From: the human T2T-CHM13v2.0 reference genome, Homo sapiens | DNA: 64,000 nt | Assembly (NCBI RefSeq): GCF_009914755.1 | Contig: NC_060943.1 | Strand: one strand, 5' to 3' | Part shown: positions 45,475-64,000 of the stretch, in pieces | Layout of the letters: the number at the start of each line of letters is the position of its first letter | How positions within the stretch are numbered: the first letter of the stretch is position 1 | Notes under the pieces: model-generated | What the model was told of the DNA's origin: nothing | The model's input: the letters and a program-made list of their open reading frames with translations, nothing else | Database searches by the model: none | Program-made: the position numbers and the translations under genes

Positions 45475-46205
45475 CATAAAATATCTTAAAGTTAAAAAAA
45501 TAAGGCCAAGCATGGTGGCTCACACCTGTAATCCCAACACTTTGGGAGGCTGAGATGGATAGATCACCTGAGGTCAGGAGTTTGAGACCAGCCTGGCCAA
45601 CATGGTGAAACTGTCTCTACTAAAAATACAAAAATTAGGTATGTGGTGGAGGACATCTGAGACTGAGGCAGGATAATCACTTGAACCCAGATGACAGAGG
45701 TTGCAGTGAGCCGAGATTGCGCCACTGCACTCCAGCCTGGGTGACAGAGCAAGACTCCATCTCAAAAAAAAAAAAAAAAAAAAAAAAAGTAAAAAAGATA
45801 TATTTTAACTTCTTAAACTTTAATTAAATACAAAACCTATACTGCTATGTTTTCCAGTTTGTTATTGATACTACAAATTATATTATGTATCTATTAACAG
45901 ATTTATATCTTATATTTTTATATCTACAGAACTTTAACGGTTTTATGCACCATTATGATAGTAAAAAATTCTATATGTATCTGTATATTTATATTTAATA
46001 GGGAGCTTTATATATGGTTTTATGATGCTGTCTAGCATCATTTTATTTTTCAACAAAATGGATTCATTTTAGCATTTCTATTTGTTTATATGCAGAGTCT
46101 GTGTTTCTCAGACTGGATCTTGGACTCCTGGTCTCAAGAAATCTGACTGCCTTGGCTTCCTAAAGCTGTAGAATTACAGGCATGAGCCACTATGTCTGGC
46201 CACCA

Positions 46206-46361
46206 TGTAACATTTCTTGTTACATTTCGTGCAACATTTCTTGTTACGTTTCCTGCAACATTTCTTGTTACATTTCGTGCAACATTTCTTGTTACATTTC
46301 GTGTAACATTTCTTGTTACATTTCGTGTAACATTTCTTGTTACATTTCGTGTAACATTTCT
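46206..46361. repeat. Minisatellite: 13 x 12-bp units forming a 24-bp higher-order repeat (TGYAACAtttct TGTTACAtttcg)
   Basis: Counted directly. Confidence 0.95.
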
Positions 46362-47354
46362 TATAGTGAACACCCTGAAATTTAATTTAGGAAAGTCTGT
46401 ATTTTTATTTTGTTTTTCAAGTAAAATAACTTTGAATTAAATATTATTGGTTAGAATTTTTTATTACATCAAAATTTGGGAAGTTCTCAGCTTTCGTTTT
46501 CTTTAATTTACCTCTGTATTACTTTTTCCCTACATTATTCTTCTCTTTTTTTTTTTTGAGACAGAGTCTCTCTCTGTCACCCAGGCTGGAGTGCGGTGGC
46601 TCGATCTCAGCTCACTGTAAGCTCTGCCTCCCATTCACACCATTCTTCTACCTCAGCCTCCTGAGTAGCTGGGACCACAGGCGCCCACCACCACACCTGG
46701 CTAATTTTTTGTATTTTTTCAGTAGAGGCAGGGTTTCACCGTCTTAGCCAGGACGGTCTCGATCTCCTGACTGTGTGATCCGCCTGCCTCGGCCTCCCAA
46801 AGTGCTGGGATTACAGGCATGAGCCACTGTGCCCAGCCCCCCTATATTCTTCTTCTAAGATTTATTTCATGAATATATTGATGGACTTGATGGTGTCCAA
46901 TAAGTTTTACATTCCATATTTTTCTTTTGTTTTGCAATTTTATATTTTTATGTTATATATTTTAGGGTATGCCACCTCATACCAATTAACTGTGTTTTGA
47001 TGTTTTAGTTTATATTGTAATTGTGTATGACAATGTTTAACTCTGTACAATTTAAGGCAGTTTGGAGCAAAATCAAATATAAATCAGCCATATGTCTATT
47101 GCCAATATAATTATCTCTTTTTCCCTGTATAAATATTCTCTCTGTATTTTTTATGACTTGTATATTTGTTATGTAGGTTTGTTGTGAGTGGTTGTTCAAT
47201 CTTGTCTAGGTGAGCAGTCATCTCCTAATTTCAATATCTGTTGTGAATCTATATTATTTTTGTGTGGAAGAAACACTCTTGGATTTGAAGATTATATACA
47301 AACTATCATAACTTTGTGTCTTTTTTAGGTATTATTGTTTATTTTTACTTGTCA

Positions 47355-47648
<294 letters not shown>

Positions 47649-48173
47649 TCACTCCAGCCTGGGCAACAGAGCAAGATTCCGTCTGAAAAAAATAAAATAT
47701 GCTGTTTAGTCATATTAATTATATGACAATGTTATGCAACATATCCCTATAATATTTATATGTTGCAAAGCTAAATCTCAATACACATTAAACAAGAACC
47801 AATTTTTCTGACTTTCTGGCACTTTGCAAGCACCACTCTGTTTTCTCTTTCTAAGAGTGTAACTGTTTCATGTATCTTCTACAGTCTCTTTTTGTGGCTG
47901 GCTCATTTCATTTTGCATAATATCATCAAGCTTTATCTTTATAATTGTTAGAATATTTTTGGCTTTTTAAGTCCTAGGTGATATTCCAGTATTTTTATAT
48001 TTTAAATTATATCTACTGAATAATTTGGTGACAGAAATTTGCATTCCTTTTACCTACTGGCTTTCAGTAGCAATGCTGCAATAATTATGGATATGCAAAT
48101 AACTTCATATGGCCATATATGTGAACATTTATATATGTGCTAACTTCTATTTTATTAGTTCACTTTGTTTTGA

Positions 48174-48275
<102 letters not shown>

Positions 48276-49439
48276 TGAGCAGCTGGGACTACAGGCTCGT
48301 ACCACCAAGCCCAGCTAATTTGTTTATTTTTAGTAGAGATGGGGTTTTATGTTGGCCTGGATGGTCTCGATCTCTTGACCTCATGATCCGCCCACCTTGG
48401 CCCCCCAAAGTGCTGGAATTATAGGCGTGAGCCACTGCACCCAGCCTATTAGTCCACTTTTTAGCCATTATACTCATACCAAATTGTTTTTATTCTGTAA
48501 CTTTGTAATGTATTTTGAAATCAGGAACTATAATGACTTCAACATTGTTCCTTTTTTTGAATACTTTGGGTACTTTATTGTCTTTTGAGAGTCCATATGC
48601 TACTTTTGGAGTTGCTGTTTCTGTTTCCTCAAAAATGCAATGAGAAATTAAAAAAAAAATTGCATTAAATCTCTGTATTACATTGAGCAGTATGGACGTC
48701 TTCAAAATATTAATTATTTCAACCTTTGAACAGGAGCATGCTGGAGAATGTGTTTAATATCTATATAGTTATAAATTTTTCAGTTTTTGTCTGTTTTATA
48801 CTCATTTCATTTTGGTCATAGAATGTAATTCATAAATTGTTTTTAAAAACTTAAAAATTAAAAAAATTTGTTAAGACTTCTTTTTTTGCCTACCAGGTGG
48901 TCTATCAAGGAGAATGTTGTATGAGCTACTGAGAAGGGCATGCATCCTGATATTGTTGAGGTGTCTTCTCTATACCTCTGTTAGAAATAGTTGTTTTATA
49001 CTGCCTTCAAGTCCTCTCTTTACTTACTAATATTCTGTCTTGTGTTATTTTTATTACAGAAAGTTGGGTATTGAAATGTCCTACCATAATTATATTACTG
49101 TCTAAGTGTTTTTTCCATTCTTTCAATATTTGCTTTATATGTTTGGAGACTTAATGTAAGATACAAACACACACACACACATATATATACATAGGTTCCC
49201 AGTAAATGAATGTATTATTGTTTAATGTCTTTGTCTCTTTGCAGTTTTGACCTAAAGTACATTTTATAAACTATGACAGTTTTTGACTTAAGATGTAGCT
49301 TGTGTAATATTATTTTGGTCTCTTCTGCTCTCATTTGGTTAATATTTGCATGGAATGTCTAAATCCATCTTGCCACTTTCAATCCTTTTTTGTCATTAGA
49401 TTTTAGCTGAGTCTTGTAGAAAGGCAAGTTGCATCTTGG

Positions 49440-50017
49440 TGTGAGAAACAAACTCACCTATCCAAACCCAAAGAATGGACTCAGGGACCTGGAGAACAGC
49501 GAAAGTGAGACTTTTAATGACGGTCTTGCAAGATTGAGTGTCTGGCATACAGGCACACGCAGCACAGTTTCAACAAACAATTATCTCTTAGTGCACAGGT
49601 CCCTCCCCCTGGTTCCTCATAGGCTGACTACTATTGGGTCACAGTCTTCCCAGATGTCACCTATTGGCAAGGGCTTTAGGTGTTTCTTTTACGAGTTGTC
49701 TTGTTGCATTTTGTTGCAGCCCAAAATGCATCGCGACTGTTCAGGACTCTTCAGACATTTGATTTGTGGCCCTAGTGGCTGCACTTAGCTGATAAGAAAG
49801 GGTACAATTATCTATGTTGCAAACTAACCTAAATTTTTTGGTGGGGTGGAGGGGGTGTGGTTGCGGGGACCCTGACCTATAGGCGCCTGGCTACTGGGTA
49901 AAAGAGAAGGCAGGAAGGAGGGGGGTGATGACTCAGTACACTCTGCTTCTTTATGTCTTTATTTCGATGTAACCTGCTTAAAACTAACGCACTTAGAATT
50001 GAGAATGGACCATCACA
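49440..50017 (-). mobile_element. Solo ERV LTR (family uncertain; possibly ERVL LTR66-like)
   Basis: 578-bp GC-richer block with TGTGA...TCACA inverted termini inside AT-rich L1M-like sequence; minus-strand ATTAAA at ~49513; AP-1 site TGACTCA at 49929. Confidence 0.6.
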
Positions 50018-52090
50018 TATAGGTTATTTTCTACATTGGTTTTTTAATTTTTATTTATTTATTTATTTTGATACAAAGTCTCACTATGTCGCCCAGGCTG
50101 GAGTGCAATGGCATGATCTTGGCTCGCTGAAACTTCCGCCTTCCAGGTTCAAGTGATTCTCCTGCCTCAGCCTCCCGAGTAGCTGGGATTACAGGCAGGT
50201 ACCACCACACTGAGCTAATTTTTGTATTTTTGCTAGAGATGAGATTTCACCATGTTGGCCAGGCTGGTCTCAAACTCCTGACCTCAGGCGATCCGCCCAT
50301 CTTGGCCTCTGAAAGTGCTGGGATTACAGGCGTGAGCCACTGCGCCCAGCCAAAAATTTTTTTAATAAATCACTTTATTGAACTCATGTCACTTGAGTGG
50401 AAAGTTAGTTATATATATGTATGTGTATATATATAAACTCTGAAACAGAAAGACATTAATGTTATTTTATTGTTGTATTTGATTCTTGTATCTTTGTCTC
50501 TCATTTTCTCTCTTAATTTGTGTCTTTTTTGTTTTTATGTTGATATACTTTTACTTCTTTCTTATTTTGTTTGTGTATCTATACAAATATATTATTTGTG
50601 CTATCTTGGGGATTACATAAAACCTCTAAAAGATACAACGATATATTTCAGTCTGGTAAAAAGAAAAAAACTTCAGTTACATGCAAATATTTTTTCTCAT
50701 TACATCTGCCCTCAAATTTTTCATTGATGTTTGAATTATATTTTTTATGTTGTATATTAACTAACAGATGTTTATAATGATTTCTATGCTTTTAACTTTC
50801 AAATTTTAGAAAATAATTAAAAATGTTTTCTGCACCATTATAATAATGCTTAAAAATTCAATTTTTGTGTTTGTGCATATCTTTTCCAGAAAATAATGTA
50901 TTTTTCTATGATGATGTGTTGTTTCATTGAATAATGTTATTTTCAGTAGAAGCAACTGCTTTTAGCATCTTTTTATATGTAGAGCATACGGAGTACCAAT
51001 GCACTTTTTCAGAATTTGGTTATTTTTTAAGGTTTTTTTTTTTAATTTAGCAGGACATATTTGCTGATGGTATTATACTCACTTGATAGCTATTTTTTTC
51101 AGGACTTTGACTATATCAGACAGTACCCTTCTGGCCTGCAAAATTTTTGTTGACAATTTACTGGCTGTGTCATAAGACTATGCTTGCAAATGACATCACT
51201 TTTATCTTGCAGTTTCCAAGAGGCTGTTTTTGTCTGTGACTTTTGAAATTGTGCTTATATATGTGTTTGTTATAAATATCTTTGTGTGTATCCTAGTTTG
51301 TTTTTTGAGCTTCTTCATTTTTACGTCTTTTTTTTTTTTTTTTTTTTTTGAGACGGAGTCTCGCTCTGTCGCCCAGGCTGGAGTGCAGTGGCGCATCTCC
51401 GCTCACTATAAGCTCCGCCTCCCCGGTTCACGCCATTCTCCTGCCTCAGCCTCCTGCGTAGCTGGGACTACAGGCGCCCGCCACCACGCCCGGCTGATTT
51501 TTTCTTTTTTTAGTAGAGACAAGGTTTCGCCGTATTAGCCAGGATGGTCTCAATCTCCTGACCTCGTGATGCACCTGTCTCAGCCTCCCAAAGTGCTGGT
51601 ATTACAGGCGTGAGCCACCGCGCCCGGCCGTCATTTTTTCTTTCAGGATTTTTCAGTTAGTCTTTTTGGTATTTTTTGCCTTCATAATTTCTGTTTTTCT
51701 GGTATTTTACATATTTTTGTTCTTACCCTCATTTTTCTGATTTTCTGTAGTTCTCTATGTTTCTATGTCACTCACTGAGTATTATTCAATTTGTTTTCAA
51801 TTTTTAAAATTAATATATACATTTTTTATGGTTTCTCTCTGAAACTTTTATATTTTTGATAAAACCATATTGCCTTATTTTGTATACATTGTAATCTTTG
51901 ATTGAAATTTGTACATTTAAAAAAGCTACCTGTCACAATCCTTATAATGTAGCTTTGTCCTGGCATAGTCTGGACAATTGTCTTGATTAGAGATACTGGG
52001 AGTCTCTCAAACATGTTGCTAGAATGTGTCTTGTCTACAATTTTGTGTTTATTTTTTAATTAAAAGAGTTTGTGTTTCTTCTTTTTTTAG

Positions 52091-52425
<335 letters not shown>

Positions 52426-52792
52426 TAATAGTAATAACTTGCTACACCTGTTTTCTGTGTGTGGCACTGCAGTCTCTCTGCTGCTGTAACATTTAGCTTT
52501 GGTCTCAGCAGACTTAAACTGTCATTCCAAAGTATACCACCATTTCTTTCAGCACTAGATGTCATAGGAGACAGAAACCAGTGTATAGATAGGTCCCTAG
52601 AAGCAAGTAATAAAGATGTATGTGGCAGTATTTTAATTGTCTTTTAAAAAAGAAACCAAAAGTTGGCAGTGGGGAGCAGGAAGAGCTGTGTTGGGTAAAT
52701 TTAACAGACTTTTCTTTTTCTTCTGTGTCACTCTCTATGTTGTGCTCAGCTGGGGCACTTCACACACTTAACTTATTTATAAATTTTCCTCA

Positions 52793-53122
<330 letters not shown>

Positions 53123-53222
53123 CTACAGAATGAGACTCTGTCTAAAAAAAAAAAAAAATTAGGGCCTTTATTATTTTGCTATGCCATCTTGTTTATGTAG
53201 TTTGTATAATTATATGGGTTAG

Positions 53223-56219
<2,997 letters not shown>

Positions 56220-56679
56220 CTAAAGTTGGTAGAAAAATTATTTGTATATAACTTTAAAAGGAGTAGAAGGGCTTTTTGCAGAGTTATTACGTTTGAAGTA
56301 TACTTTATTTCTTGAAAAAATTACAGATTTTTTGTAAATAATGATGTAATTCAACTCTCAAAATATTTCCTACTGTTTCTTTATTCCAGTTGTATTCACA
56401 TGTGAAAGCATGTGATCAGTTATTGCTGCATTAAAAACATGAGTCTTTTTTATTAGGTGGCCATTATTTATGATCTTTTCTATGAAAGAGTAAGGACATT
56501 AAAATGTAAGATGCATGATGAAAAATTAAGTGAAGAGGCTCTTTATGGTTAATTTATATTGAATAATGCATTAGGTAGGTGTTCAGAGTAATATTTTGCG
56601 TTGTGAGAACATTTTTAATTTTATTTAAAATTAAATGAAAATAAATTAGTATATTATTGTACTAATTGTACTTTTGTAT

Positions 56680-56685
56680 AATAAA
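56680..56685 (+). terminator. ZNF430: Candidate ZNF430 polyadenylation signal
   Basis: AATAAA preceded by TGTA motifs and followed by T/GT-rich sequence; other AATAAA hexamers nearby, so the choice is uncertain. Confidence 0.4.
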
Positions 56686-56850
56686 ATCCAGTGTATTTTT
56701 AAAATGTTAGGTTATGTGTGGTTAATATTTTAATCCAATATTTTTAACATGTTAAATACTATTGTGCATTCAATGAAGTGTTATTATGCCACGAACTTTA
56801 ACCTGTTCCACTTTACTTAAAGGTATAGATGAAAGATAATAACAATAAGG

Positions 56851-64000
<7,150 letters not shown>

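Noticed and set aside
46134-46440. CRISPR-like appearance and repetitive ORFs (RNVT, CNISCYIS) over the minisatellite
   Set aside because: Spacers are constant 5-mers rather than unique sequences, the context is eukaryotic and there are no cas genes; the ORFs are artefacts of a 12-bp period

Overview
Primate DNA, almost certainly human, from the 19p12 KRAB-zinc-finger cluster. It contains one complete gene on the + strand, recognised as ZNF430. The gene has five exons: ATG-only exon 1 (17386-17388), a 93-nt exon, KRAB-A, KRAB-B and the C2H2 exon. The spliced CDS is 1713 nt (570 aa), or 569 aa through a NAGNAG acceptor, with 11 canonical fingers followed by degenerate and fossil fingers in the 3' UTR. 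Upstream lie a Harlequin/HERV-E-type mosaic provirus with a 3' LTR2 (carrying a nested AluYa5 and a HERV-K13-type env-end+LTR13 insertion), MER57-group ERV remnants, an ~830-bp AT-only array and a CCAAT/GC-box CpG promoter. The introns hold about 50 Alus, MER41A, MST, another solo LTR, a near-full-length antisense L1PA and a truncated SVA. I found no new protein-coding system. The most notable unexplained structures are: (1) a polyadenylated, TSD-flanked retrocopy of an unrecognised sequence inside an Alu; (2) a 12/24-bp array of alternating inverted heptamers; (3) inverted Alus tightly bracketing the KRAB exons, with a candidate KRAB-only terminal exon further along intron 4; (4) a HERV-K13 fragment lacking its 5' LTR but keeping its target duplication; (5) an ancient collinear duplication inside intron 4. 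Repeat subfamily names come from recalled consensus sequences, not from a search.
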